A stretch of DNA of 64,000 nucleotides. Origin: the human T2T-CHM13v2.0 reference genome, Homo sapiens. The stretch lies in the NCBI RefSeq assembly GCF_009914755.1, contig NC_060932.1. The stretch is one strand, 5' to 3'. This document shows, piece after piece, positions 1 to 13,269 of the stretch. Both the position numbers and the translations under genes were made by a program. How positions within the stretch are numbered: the first letter of the stretch is position 1; each line of letters opens with the position of its first letter. The notes under the pieces are model-generated. The model had not been told where the DNA came from. It did no database searches and was given only the letters and a program-made list of their open reading frames with translations.

Positions 1-105
1 GGGGAGGAGGCTGAAGTGAGATGAGGTAGAGCCACTGCTCTCAAGCCTGGGCGATAGAGTGAGACTCTGTCTTAAAATAAATAAATAAATACATAAATAA
101 TAAAT
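1..105 (+). mobile_element. Alu 3' end with (TAAA)n tail, cut by window edge
   Basis: gccactgctctcaagcctgggcgatagagtgagactctgtct followed by aaaataaataaataaat. Confidence 0.9.
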
Positions 106-529
106 TAATTTTAAAAAACTGAACAAAGTTAGGCCTCAAAAAAATATACTATGTACATCAGCTAAAGAGGTCTGACAATTTTCTGATGTCAACAACAGAT
201 ACTATCAGCAAAAAGATAAATAATTGTAATCAATTTTTATAGAACAAACAAAACCAAGACAAAAGAACTAAGAGGGAAAAATACAACAAAAATCATGCAT
301 TAGACATATCGAAGTTGACATCTCTAATACATACTTAGGATGTAGAATTCTTATGTTGCTGCTATAAAGACCCAGAAGAACAGAGGGACAAAAAACATTA
401 ACACAAGAAACCGAAAATAGCAAACATATGCAAGTAATTTCAGTTGCACTGATAAGTTTAAAATTCCACATGGAACAATAATAAAATGCATTTTTTATCC
501 TTCTAAAGCTGTAAGAAATAGAAAAAAGA

Positions 530-1010
530 AATTTGGTGAATGGAGAGGCTTTGGAGAAATGGCCACAAACCATACAGAAGACAAATTATATTTCAAGTCA
601 CAAAACCACCCTTACATTTGACATAGTAAATCCAGTCCTGATAATTCCTTTCAAAACAACTGTTGCCATTTCCTCAATAATAAAGGATGTGTATTATCAA
701 ATGTTCTAAATCATCATTAGCAGTGTTTTATAGAAAGTTAGAAGTAACCTAAATCCAACAACAGTAAAATGGTAAACTAAAATAAAATAGAAATAGGAAG
801 GACTCTATGGTTACTAAAAATTATGTATGGAACAAATTAGAATGGACAAAGGTCTATCATTTATTGTCTAATACATATGTGCAGATATCATAAAATATCA
901 TAATTTAGAACATCAAGTTACATGTATTATAATAATGTAAATTATCTAGAACTGTAAAGTGCAGAGAGGTACCTACAGATGTTTAACAGCTGTGCTATGT
1001 TGTAATTAAG
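530..1010 (+). mobile_element. Old L1M (L1ME-like) 3' fragment
   Basis: Degenerate L1 3' motifs (agaagtaacctaaatccaacaacagtaaaatggtaaactaa), A-rich; boundaries approximate. Confidence 0.5.
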
Positions 1011-1811
1011 AAAATTTTTTCTTTTAAAATAATTTCCTTATACAATATTAAAAGATTGATTCAGTACTTAAAATATTTTTAATCCTCTTAACAGTGTCTT
1101 ATAATACATGCAATGCCTGCTTTTTCCTGAGCAATTTCAAAGGACCCAACAATATGTTAACTTTCATAGAAAACAAGGCAGAAATGGTACATACTCTCAG
1201 TAATCTCCATGTTGCCTTGTGAACTGTACATTTAAAAAATTAGTAGAATATTGTGTTTCAAGAGCTCCTGTCTGGGGCCCAAAAGAAAACTGTAATCACA
1301 GCAATTACCTTGTGAACCTCTAATTTCTGTTGTAGTTTTAAAGTTCGGAGTTAGCACACCCACCCACAAGCACCATGGCTTGTTCATCTTGATGCAATTT
1401 CAGTCCCATTCTTGGGAAAATAATAATTATAGGTACAACAAGGTATTTAAAGACCAAAAAAATACTCATGAAAACACCACTTCCATGTTACAACACAGTG
1501 AGAGTTCCTTAAAAGAATTAAAACCCAGACTGGAAAGAAGTTTCCTGAGTCACATCTTTTCAGGACAGTAAGAACTTACAGGATCCTACTTCAAAAGACA
1601 ACAGATTGGAACAGTTTGGAAACCACCGAGCCTTTTAGCTTCCCACCAGTTCTAAGATCCTATAATGTCCTAATAAACCTATTTGTCTGGGTCTTGACCT
1701 AAATGATTCAAAATATGCTATGCATGGCTCACAGTCATTCAGGCTTAGTTACACAATTTTTGTCTGAGATGGAGAATCACATAGCTACCAACTAGATGCT
1801 GGAATTTAAAT

Positions 1812-2050
1812 AACATGGTTTGGAACACAAAATCTAGAGCCAAACCGCCTGTGGTCAAATGCTAGCTCCACTACTTACATGACCTGGGCCAGAAACTTAA
1901 CCCGGCTGTGCCTCAGTTTCCTCCCTCTATAAAACAGGGAAATTTATAGTAATTAATCTCATAGAGTTATAAGGATTAAGTGAAGAAATCCATATAAAGT
2001 GCCTTAGAATGGTACTTGGAAGAGAGCAAACCCTCAATAAATGTTAGCTA
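1812..2050 (+). mobile_element. MIR SINE
   Basis: Core gacctgggccagaaacttaacccggctgtgcctcagtttcctc; 3' end ctcaataaatgttagcta. Confidence 0.85.
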
Positions 2051-2476
2051 GAATTTGCAGATGCATACACTTTGATTTTTTTCCCCAAAGTTCCCAACAG
2101 ATACATAGTTAGCAAGAACAAATTTTATGTGAATGGTGGTGCTACTATAGAAGGAAAAGAAAAGGGAGATGTAGATACAAAGCCTTCCATTGAACAAGCT
2201 CTTTAGATTAGTGATCTCCTAGAAGACAGCACACAAGTCGGTCTACTGTGGTGTGGGAAGAAAAATACTGTAACTTCCGTCTGCCATTTTTATTTTGTAT
2301 AATTATATGGCATTAGAACAGAAAATAGGTATGTATGTACATGTATATAGATGAAGACGAAATGCACGCTCAAAAAGCTTTACAAATGAGATGTACAAAA
2401 GTTTGGGCACCACTGCTATTAAGGAAGTTAAGATTTTACTTTTTCTTAAATATTTCTGGTAAAAAATTATGACAAT

Positions 2477-2686
2477 GACGAGCCTGGCCAACATGGTGAA
2501 ACCCCGTCTCTACTAAAAATATAAAAATTAGCCAGCCGTGGCGGTGGGAGCCTGTAATCCCAGCTACTCAGGAGGCTGAGCCATGAGAATCGCTTGAACC
2601 CAGGAGGTGGAGCTTTCGGTGAGCTGAGGTCACACCATTGCACTCCAGTTTGGGCAACAAGAGTGAAACTTCATCTCCAAAAAAAA
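2477..2686 (+). mobile_element. 5'-truncated AluS with TSD tatgacaat
   Basis: Starts at gacgagcctggccaacatggtgaaacccc; TSD at 2468-2476 and 2689-2697. Confidence 0.93.
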
Positions 2687-2899
2687 CCTATGACAATAAA
2701 ACGTCTTGGTCCTATACATACAGAATAATTCAACATGTATTTACTGACTGCCATCCATGCTTATAAGCATTACAGGAAAGGTGGAGTAAAATGTGACAAA
2801 AATGCAGCGCAGGAGCTATCTATTGTCTGTACAAAGAGACAGCAACAACACTGCCTGATGTTTAAAGGCCACTGCCAAGGATTCCAGTGGGTTTTTCTT

Positions 2900-3475
2900 T
2901 TTAAATATATTTTAGATGCTTTTATTTAATTAATAAATTCAGGAAAGAGCATTGTAAAAAGTGCATTGTTAAAATTCACGGCACTTAAAACAAGAATGTG
3001 ACTAGTATAAAACAAGAAGGGAAACTCAAATGGTGAGAAGTAATCATACAGTGGTCTGTTATGGTACTAATTCAAAGTAAGACTTGCATAAATGATAGCT
3101 GCGGCATGAACCACAGTATAACTTCACACATTCATTAAAAAGGCAAATTTATAGTTAAAACTTCAAAGAAAAAGTACTGATAAAAAAGTTTTACCCCAAA
3201 ATTGCAAACAAATACATTAAAAGATTAGAAGATAAAAAGCACCAGACATTAAACAAAATAAAAATAATAAAATTCAACTCAAAAGGTCCCCTTTCAGCAA
3301 ATAGTCTGTAAATTATGACCCTTATGTAAACAGTGCTAAATCAAGGACTTTTTAGCTAAATCAGTACTTTTATCTAAGGCTTCAATTTGTAAAGAGAAGT
3401 TACCAAACATCAAGTAACTCTTAAAATGGTACACAGGTTTTCAAGCTATTGGTTTTTCCTTCCTAACTCTCTGAA
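2900..3475 (-). pseudogene. 5'-truncated processed retrocopy of an mRNA 3'UTR, resembling ITGB1 (integrin beta-1)
   Basis: Minus strand reads attcagagagttaggaaggaaaaaccaatagc...gctaaaaagtccttgatttagcact...ggggaccttttgagttgaat...cataacagaccactgtatg...ctagtcacattcttgttttaagtgcc, collinear with the ITGB1 3'UTR as recalled. AATAAA at 2926-2921, short A tail, 12-bp TSD tg(g/a)gtttttctt at 2888-2899 and 3476-3487. Confidence 0.8.
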
Positions 3476-3979
3476 TGAGTTTTTCTTAAGTAGCAACAAC
3501 CAATCTAACAACTTTAAACTTAGAACACAGGATGGCATCAAATGATATTACCATTATTCAAAAACAAAATAATACCTTATATCTTGCCATTTTTACCACT
3601 GTGCTTCTGATTTCCCCAACTGCCAAAATATTATCCCCATCTTCCCTTTCTGGGAAAATTAAGGCTCTCTAGAGAGACTAAGTGACTTTCCACATAAGTA
3701 ATAAATGTCTCGAAAGTCATCTCCCAAATCAAAATTCAGTTTTTAAAAAATTATTCTGTTCACAGATCTCCCATAATCTTAAAGATATTTATATTGCTAA
3801 AAGCAAATAAAAATATATATATTTCACCCCTAAGTCTGTTTCCTACTTATCACAAGGCACTTAGGACACCTGGTACTGGCAAAAAGAAAAACTCCAAGAC
3901 AAGTTCCTTTTTGTTTTGAACACAATACCCAGCAAACTAAAGACAAAAAGCTTAAACTTTAGCCAGAACTCTACCACTC

Positions 3980-4260
3980 TAAAACGCTATTTTCTTTTTT
4001 GTTGGCTTCCTAACTTGTTCATGTACATTTTCTCTATGTACCTAATAAATGTTTTATGTGCAACCTGTATTCTGCTTTTTTCACTTAATATTAAACTGCA
4101 AATAACCTTTGCATATTTTTTTTCCTGCATGTGCATGGCTACTTCAGCAGTTGCATAGCATTGTATCACTCTGATAGATCATCTGTCTCCTATTCACTCC
4201 TGTCAAAAATTAGCTTAATGGTCAGTTTTTCCACTTTCATTAATGGTACTGATTATAAAA
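3980..4260 (-). mobile_element. Old L1M (L1ME-like) fragment
   Basis: ctgctttttcacttaata...gttgcatagcattgtatc resembles antisense L1ME 3' end. Confidence 0.5.
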
Positions 4261-5395
4261 GCCTAATTTTCAGGATGAATGTCAAATAACAAAAAGTTGC
4301 TTTTATGAAAAATAATTTTAAGTTGTGTGTGTTTAAAAATATGATTATGAATTATCAGCAAACACGAATAGTATTTTTTCAGATACTAATAATTTATGTC
4401 CCTAAGTCGCAACACTGACAAAAAGTCTTGCTTAAGTTTTTGACTTCTAAAAAGATGGTCACATACCAGAAATGTCACAAAAATCTAACTAATCCTCTTG
4501 CAAATTACATGTGAGTGCAATTTAGGATATGGTTAACTCAAAGTGAAGGTATCTTAAAAGGGTCCAATGGCTAATATGGACCCCTGCTCCCAACACCCAC
4601 TCCTCCCACACACACAGAACAGCTGGTTCTTAACATGCACCCTTTCAAACAAAGCTCCCTCAGGACGGCCAATTCAGACAGAATATCTTATTAGGAAGAG
4701 AGTGAGAGAATGTTCACAGACCCAGGGACCTAACGATTCAATATTAACTTGAGGAAGACAGGGATGAGGTACCAACCTTTGCCCTGAAGCACTAATGAAC
4801 ATTATGTTCCACTAGGTATTGTTTCCGTAAACATAAATCTTCCTGTTCGCAAGAGTTGATGAAGTTTTCTATAAATTAAACCTTTTTCCTTGAAGATGCA
4901 CACTAACACTTCAGAGATGTTTTCCTCAGGTTTTTTGTTTTAGGAGAATGAGTACTTTTGTAAAGCAAATGGTCAGTCTCCCTTGTCCCTAGCTCATACA
5001 TTCAGACTTCTGGTATACCAAGCTTACTTGAACGGGGAATACATCTGCAGAGGATCTGGGGGGTGGGGGGCGGTGGGGGAACTTCCATCACCACTCTGAA
5101 TTCATTCATTTGGCACAATATTCAAGAGTTGAGAAATACAGAGATAATCTTGACCTTGGGGACTGTGATAGGTTACCTCAATCCCACTTATTAGGTGGCT
5201 AGATACAAAATATTTTAAAACACGAATGCTTCCCTCTAGTATTTTTGCCTTGGAGATAAAATTTCCAGGGCAAAAATGTATTCACTTAGAAGCTAAGTAT
5301 GTAGTAAATTTTAGAACATATTTAAAGAAAAATATAGCTTGAAGTCAGGAAGGATAAAGAAAATTCAAAATCTTCTTCCTGAATATACACATTCT

Positions 5396-5431
5396 TATAT
5401 ATATATATATATATATCCTTATATATATATA
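5396..5431. repeat. Interrupted (TA)n microsatellite
   Basis: Two (TA) runs separated by cct. Confidence 0.9.
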
Positions 5432-6209
5432 AGCTTTTATTAAATTACATTTTGTGGATTGAGTTATACTATAAAGGGAGGGGACAAATTTCCTTTGAAA
5501 GTTTTATTTAATATACCGCTGGGAGTAAAATTAAAGGGATATCGATGATTTAAGAAGTGTGTTTCCATTTCCAATCCCAACATTTAAAAAATGGAGCTGG
5601 AGTGCTAAAGGTGGTAAAGAAGCATCATTTCTTCCCTTTTTTAAAATTTCCCACACTATATCAATGTACCTTCTTATAACCCATAATTTTATAAAAACTA
5701 ATGTAACTGTTTTCCAAATGTCCACGCTGATAATACAGTAAAGTCACATATTTAGAGGGTATGTCTTTGGAGCCTGTGTGGGCCCAGAGCAGTAACTATA
5801 ATATACACCCCCAAGTAAATCTTTTATTTCTTTAAAAATACAATCCAGTCATTATGGTACTACTTAATAGAATGTCAAGCAACATTTTACTATCTACACA
5901 ACCCAGAGATTCACCAAATTACTCTACTTCTCAAAAATGAGCAAGCAGTTCCCCCAATATCCAATGACAAGGTCCACTAAGAACAAACAAGTAGTTCAAA
6001 ACCAGTCACAATCCAACTACATTTATTTACATAGTTTGGCTAATGTTTCACAAAGCACTACTCTGGAGGATCTGGTATTAGGCACAGTACTTCATAAAGA
6101 ATATTTCACTTCATAAGCTTCTGTTTTATAGGTCTGGTTAAAAAAAACAGGATTTAGAAATTTTGACATATTTAGAAAATACTTAAATTTGAGTAATATT
6201 CATTGAGAT

Positions 6210-6490
6210 CAGTATTTCTCAAAATCTGTGCCCAACTAGCCCAATTAATGCTGTTGCGAAAAAAAGGGATCTATAGTCGGTAAATTTGGGAAATACTCCA
6301 AGCTGTATCTCCTTTCGAAAATTCAAAAAGCATTAATATACTAAAATTCATTACATTTCTGTTTTTTAAAAAATGTTTCTTTAACACAATATTTTCTAAA
6401 CTGATTTGGACTCAAGAGCACCCCCCCCCCATTATTTTTTAGAAGTGCCTACTAATCTCAGAACTAGTTCTCCATGTAACATGTTAGTTA
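6210..6490. mobile_element. hAT-Charlie non-autonomous DNA transposon, subfamily uncertain
   Basis: cagtatttctcaaa start; internal gcgaaaaaaagggatctatagtcggtaaatttgggaaatact with its degenerate inverted counterpart downstream. Confidence 0.6.
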
Positions 6491-6532
6491 TATGCACTTG
6501 AACCACAATATTCTAGCAAATCTGTTAAAGAA

Positions 6533-6810
6533 GAGATTGCAAATGTGGGGCCCCAAATCCAAATTCAACCTGCCATGGGTGTTTTACATGGCCTGTATAA
6601 TATCTTTTGTAAATTTGTGTATTAGTGTACAAACATTTCAAAACTTGGGATATTTAAAATAAAAATTTAAAAGATCAGCTTTTCCTATAGAAGGCCCTGG
6701 TTGATCTGAACTCACCTTTTTCCAGCAACAACAGTCAGTGGGCCTACAGAGGCCCACAATGCCTTTTTAGGTTCTCCAGCTGCCACTGAACCAGTTTGCT
6801 GACACCTGGC
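6533..6810 (+). mobile_element. MER102-like hAT-Charlie element
   Basis: caaattcaacctgccatgggtgttttacatggcc...acatttcaaaacttgggatatttaaaataaaaat matches MER102 layout. Confidence 0.6.
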
Positions 6811-6919
6811 CCCAGCTCCATAATGGAAGACGTTAGGGCACGTTTAGATGCTTGAGGAGAAAAGTCAATCGTCAACCAGCCCATCCCCTGCAGTCTACCT
6901 CCTCCAAGAATTCTGCACG

Positions 6920-7060
6920 TGACCCAGGATGGTTTGTCAAGGACAGTCCCTGTTTACACCCATTGCCCTGGCATATTTAACACAGCCACCTTCACCCTTG
7001 CCTTCTTTTGAAGAAGTTAAATGTACACTCTAGCTGTGAAGCTGTCACAGACCACCCTGA
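6920..7060. mobile_element. MER94/MER81-like hAT-Blackjack fragment
   Basis: ggtttgtcaaggacagtccctgtttacacccattgccctggcata...gaccaccct. Confidence 0.5.
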
Positions 7061-7149
7061 TAATTCACTAAACTTCCTCCACCCTTAAGTCCCACGGATG
7101 TTTTAAAACACTGAGTGTATCCTTCATTACTTTCCAGTTGTTTCATGTA

Positions 7150-7355
7150 AGTGTAGTGGAAACAACAGAGACGAGAGCCCAGATAACTTGGTCTGCATTC
7201 AGGCTCTACCTCGGAAGGGCTCTGTGAGTTGGGTATGTCTCCTACTCCCTTTGGGATTGAGGATCTTCATCCCACTATTTTACAGGGTGAATGGGAGGTT
7301 CAAAGATGGAGCAAGTGCTTGGTACATAGTAGGTGCTCAACAAATAGTACTTATC
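7150..7355 (+). mobile_element. MIR SINE
   Basis: 3' end gtgcttggtacatagtaggtgctcaacaaatagtac. Confidence 0.75.
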
Positions 7356-9061
7356 AGTTCTGAGACTGTATCTCCATGAAATTATGACTGTCTCTCACAC
7401 ATCTCTTATACTCCAAATGGAATGGTTTTGGGTTCTTACAGTAAATAGATAACATACGTGGTGGTTGACTGATTTGCTGATTTCTTCCCTGCAAAACTGG
7501 AAATGTCCTTGTTTCGATTCCCATGTTTCTTATGCCTTCCCTACTCCTCTCCTCCCCAATTTTGGGGCAAGTGGTAGGAAGGCCTTTTCCCTATTTGCCC
7601 CATTGATTCCAAAAATAAATTCCAGAGGAGCATGTGTCCATTTGCTTATGGTATTTTAATTTTTTGATGGCTGGGGGTAAGAAGAGAACTCTTTAAAGAA
7701 AAAAAAAATCTCCCCACAGAGTACGGTTCACAAAATTCATGACCTGAGCTGATTTGAGAAATAACAATCTGCCTCTATTTCAGAAAATAAAGTGATGACT
7801 CACTCACTAAGATGGGCTGAATTTTCTTCCTCTGTGCTTTGGGATTTCTAAATATCAGAGAATTTCCCTTGGGATTTTCCCCAAAATCTTTATTTGCTCC
7901 CAACAAGCTTTAAACAATCTTCTATTTTCTACTCCTTTTAAATCTGTCCTCTTTTATTTTAGCTAATAACAAGTTATTTCTCACGAGTTCCTTCTATGAA
8001 AAGAAAACCTCAAAGTGGATGCTAAAATGCTTAAAATTCACTTTAAACCCTTGCCAGGCCTCTTTTGTGAGACTACACTGAAATCACCCTGGATGCAAGG
8101 TCTCTCCTGCTGACTTTGAAGTTTGTAGATGGACAAAACAAAACAACAAAAAAAGCAGGGCTCTGATCCAACAAGTGCCCTTTGTGGGCTGGTTATGACT
8201 GTACAAAAATTTCAAGTAAAATTGGCATAAATTAGAAATGCTGTTCTTTAAAACCCAACCTAATGAACCATCATTATCTTGTCATGCTAGCTGACTAATT
8301 AGCTATGCCCCACTGCCTCACATGACTTCCAAACATTTTAGTTGCTTATAATGGACAGGAAGGGGCGACAGTGTGTGCAATTCTACAATGTCTTCACTTG
8401 AGAAAGAAAGTATAAAAGGTTAGATTTTAATTCAATGAACTTCACACATACAGGCCAAGAGTTCTAAGACAAGCAAACTGTACCTTTGTGGATAATGCTC
8501 ATGAGGATAAAGAAATACTAAGGCTTTCAAATTAAGTGCATTTATCTATCAGTCATAGGCAGCACTGAAAATTATTTTAAAATTCCTTGCCAAGTGACTC
8601 TTCTCTCTTCCAAAAACTTTAGGGAAAATGGATAAAGAATATGTTAACTTCCTATTCTTTTTGAAAAGAACAAAAAAGGACAATGTTGTTCATTTATACA
8701 TTGTCCAGTTATGGGAAAAAACCCATTAAGAATCTATGTTTTTCTTTCCATTCAGTAGTTATTCCCAATGTTTCTTGTTATTTCTGTGACAGTATAAGAT
8801 CTTTACAATGTAAGGTGTATAATAATGAACTAATAGATCTGAGTAAAACCTGAGAGAGTATTCACAACAGGGGTGTATTCTATACCATCACAGTCTCTTC
8901 CAATCAAATCACTGTGCACTCTGATTGTTGGGCTACTAGACCATAAATGAGCTCTGTGCCATTCTCTTCTCTTATACTCACTGCAGTTCAGCCTCCATGC
9001 TAACAATGTTTTAGCCACTTTTCTCTTAACAGCCAAAAGCTCATCCCATCTTACTGACTAA

Positions 9062-9230
9062 CAGAGCTGGTAAGACCTTAGAGGTAACATATTCTAATTG
9101 CCATATTAAAAATAATAAAAAAGCAAAACCTGAAATCCTGAGAGGTTCAATGACTTGCCTAAGTTCACATAACTTGGACGGGTTAGCACCAGGACTAAAT
9201 CTGGGTGTGGCTCCCACTCCTGTGGCTTCT
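9062..9230 (-). mobile_element. MIR/MIR3 SINE
   Basis: gagaggttcaatgacttgcctaagttcacataac. Confidence 0.7.
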
Positions 9231-10748
9231 CCCTCTATTGAGATGTAACTGGAATTTCAGACTGTGGGGAGCACTGGCCCAGGCTAGCAAGTAAGTCCCT
9301 CAGCTCAGATACTTGGTGGATGAGCCTCAAAAGCATGGATCAATTTGGCCTCTGAAGGGATCCCCAGGGTCTGTCTCTATGTGCCGAACCACTTGCGCTC
9401 TCCAGCCAGTACACTACAGTATAAACAAAGGAATACCAGGGCACATCCAGCCACGGGATGAACACAGGCACTGAAGATTTTTGGGAGAAAGAAGTTTTAT
9501 ATTAAAACAGACATAAACTATATTGTGGTGCATAAAACCAAATTTGCTTTTCCCCCCCTCAAGATAAAACACTGTATTTCCAGGAAATTTCAAAGTCTCC
9601 CAGGGTCTTTCATTCCTCAATCAACTTTACGCAGAGATGCAGTCCACATTTATTCAATTATATATTCTCAAAAAACGTCTGTGGGGAGAGGTCAATTACT
9701 AGTCACAGACCCCACTGTGAGGAAGCCATGCCAGTGAGACTGTGAAAGATGATTAAGGAATCTGCTGGCCCCTCAGCTCCTGCATGCTCTCTCATATTCC
9801 AAGGATCCCACTACTCTGAAAGTGATTCCAGTTTAAATATATGTGTGTATGGCGATGTATGTGTACACATGACATCATAGCCCCTAAACACAGGCCAGTT
9901 ACTTTGGTGCTCAAATGAATAAATAATGTTCTGAAGGGAAAAGCACCCAGATATGTAAGCCTCCATCATGGAATCTTCCTAAGCAACTTTCAAGGGCATT
10001 TCTGCCTATATGCTACTTGCACCTAATGTGATGACTTAACCACCCAATAAATTCCAACTCTACTTCCAGGGGGTAGGTTTGAAAAGGACTAGAAGGGAGA
10101 TGTAGGGTGGTGGGAGGCTCGGAAAATACGGGAATGGGGTGATGAGTGAGCAAGTGGCTTGGGGTAGGCTTAGGGAAACCCAGGGCATCTTTGATTGTGA
10201 GTAAAGATGACCAGGAAGACCTCATACAAGAGATACCTAACACACACTCTGGCCCATCTAAATTAGAGGCTGATAACTCCTCAGGTGGAAGTACCCTGAG
10301 GCAATCATATAGTCAACAGAGAGTAAGAACTCTGATACACAATACAATCTTGAGAGTTCATGCAAATAGTGTGAGTGCCTACATGGAAGCCTGTGTGGAG
10401 GGGGGCAAGGGACCTGGGGCGGAGAGATTCTGAAGGAGTTAGGATTATAGTCAAGGGATCTCCCTCCCTCCCTATGTTAGTTTTTGTTCTTAGTTCTATG
10501 ACTACTGACAGTTGAACCTCTCCCCAAGCTACTTCACAATTCCTACATATCATATATATATAATAAACAGAATGAACAAAAGGAATATGGTAAACAGGTA
10601 TAAAACTTAACTGCTAGACAATATATAAATATATGGAGAATACAAACTATGAATACTTTTTTCACTTGCTAACAACCAGCATATGAGGGAAAAAATGTAT
10701 TTTATACATTGTCTTCATGTTTCCAGTGCTATTAAAAAAGGGAGTACC

Positions 10749-11047
<299 letters not shown>

Positions 11048-11072
<25 letters not shown>
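11048..11072. repeat. (GA)n microsatellite at Alu tail
   Basis: GA run directly after poly(A). Confidence 0.95.
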
Positions 11073-11077
<5 letters not shown>

Positions 11078-11789
11078 CTGTGGAATTTCAGATAGGTTAG
11101 ACAGAAGGTTTATTCACTACTCTCTCCTCAAGTGAATGCTTGAGGTAGAAAATAATTATCAAGTATGAAGAAAGTAGCCTTTGAATGTTAACTGGAATTC
11201 CTAGCTCCTCAAATGTCTTTAACTAATATTTAGACTAAAAGAACCCCTTACTTTCCATGATCCATGTTGGGATAAAGGGTATAACAGAATTTTGAAAATA
11301 TTTATAAAATAGGCTCCATTGAAAATTCCCCCCAAAAGCTCTAAGAGAGCAGACCTCAAATACAAGTTTATTTTCAGATGCATTATTAAATGCTTCACAT
11401 TTTTTACTTCAGCAGAAGCATAAACACAAAAGCCTGTTCCATGACCCTAAAGACAGGATTTCCTTGAATGACGCGCTAATGAAAAATGCAAACCAGTGGA
11501 AGTTTTGACTCATTGCACCAGGGTCTGCAACATTCCAACCAAAGATCTGCCCTGGACCAAGAGAGAAATCACTCCTCAAATCAAAAGTTACCCTTAACCC
11601 CTTACGTTGAGAATATTTCTGCTTTTGTACAACATGGAAACAGAAAAAGATCCATCCCCAGAAATACCTGATTTTTACTAATACGAATATGAATTTACTA
11701 ATATGAATAGCTCCCTTTGACTTGGCATATAGTGTCTGATTACGTGTGTTGATCACAAAACTTACCTTCAAAATGCCCAAATTCAGAGA

Positions 11790-12225
11790 TCAGGTGGCCA
11801 GGTTCTGGACCAAAGGGCCACACTTTTCTCCTAGCTATAGCTAACTGAACCAGGGAAGGTAGCATGACCCAAAGGCTTCCCAGCAACCCAAGATGTGGCT
11901 GGAGGAAAAAAAGATGAGCTGGGCCAGTCAGATCCCACCCTGTCAGGAATTTGAACTAGAGAAGAGAATTTGACAGAGAAGAGACCATGATGGGCCATGC
12001 ACAAATTTTACTGAAGGAACACAAACTACAACTAGGTGTAGAAAAAAGATGCAACAAGCAAAGGCAAGTCTGGGTACAGCATGAGTGTGAAGAGAACAAA
12101 ACATAAATACAAAAAAGAAGACATCCTTGAGAGACACCAGGAGGTGGCTGGAATTAATCCCCCACCAACCACCACTTTTGAGTAAGTTTAAATGAGCCTT
12201 TGCTCACTTAGGGAGCCTAACTGAA
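11790..12225 (+). mobile_element. Old ERVL/MaLR-class solo LTR (LTR16/LTR33/LTR67-like)
   Basis: gcatgacccaa...gctgggccagtcagatcccaccctgtcaggaatttgaactagaga; 3' end aagtttaaatgagcctttgctcactt...cctaactgaaa. Confidence 0.55.
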
Positions 12226-12239
12226 ATGGTTCTCTCTGT

Positions 12240-12380
12240 TATTTTATTTAAGCCTAAAAACCCTATGAAGTGAGTATTATTAACCTCTGCAGGCCACAGA
12301 GCTATTAAGTAGCAAGATCAGGGAATCAAGCTCAGCAATGTCTTGCTCTACATCCTAGGGCTTATTCACCATGCTATATG
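12240..12380 (-). mobile_element. MIR fragment
   Basis: aaccctatgaagtgagtattatt...ggccacagagctattaagtagca. Confidence 0.65.
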
Positions 12381-12409
12381 CATTCCACAATAACAACTTC
12401 CAGCGCCTT

Positions 12410-12600
12410 CTACCAACTATGCACAGAGGGACACTTTACATCTGTTTTACAACAAATTTGCCTTGAAAAGTGGGCATATTTCACAGATGAGGAAACCGAG
12501 GTTCAGAGCAGTTCAGTGTGTCTAAAGTAACATAGACAATAATGACAGGCCAATGACTCACACACATTCTTCTTGCCACAGACCTCTGTGGTGCACACAC
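12410..12600 (-). mobile_element. MIR fragment
   Basis: tttcacagatgaggaaaccgaggttcagag core. Confidence 0.75.
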
Positions 12601-13269
12601 TGACAACTTAGGTTCTAGCCCCTGTTAAAACTAGTGAGGAGGAAAAAACCACAACTGGAAAAGGCAGAGGATTCCTAAATATGATGGACAGGACATGGTG
12701 TGGAGGTCAACAGAGAGACACAACACACATGTCTTTCTTGAGTGCTACCTCCAGATAAGGAGAAGAGAATGAAATTTCAGAACATCAGAGATGGGCTTAA
12801 CCTAAAGGCAAATCAAATCAAGAATGCTAGCTAAACAACGGAGGCTCCTAAATAGGATTGGAAATGGAGAGAGAAAAGTGCTGATGTTTCATTTCACCTG
12901 GTCCTTCCATGGTTGACCTGTCAGAAAACGCTGCTGGGATCTATATAGGATCCTGTGGTCACCAGCACTCTGTCCAGATGGACACGACTCTCAGGCCAGC
13001 CAAGTCCTCTCAGTCAGCAAAGGCAGTCGTGCGTGCCAGGCAGCTGACTTGGCTAGCAGGACTTATCCTCCCTTTCCTCTGCCTGCTTAGATACCAATAG
13101 TGCTTGGAAGGAAAAGTGGCCCAAGCAACACCTCTGACTGTGGAAGCCTACTTTGTCTCTCCTTTCTTGATCAATACTAGCAAGCAATGGTTATCTAAGC
13201 TTTTTTTTGAACTATAACTGTATTCTTGAAATGTTACCAGATATTCACGCACAACATATTTCATTTTGT

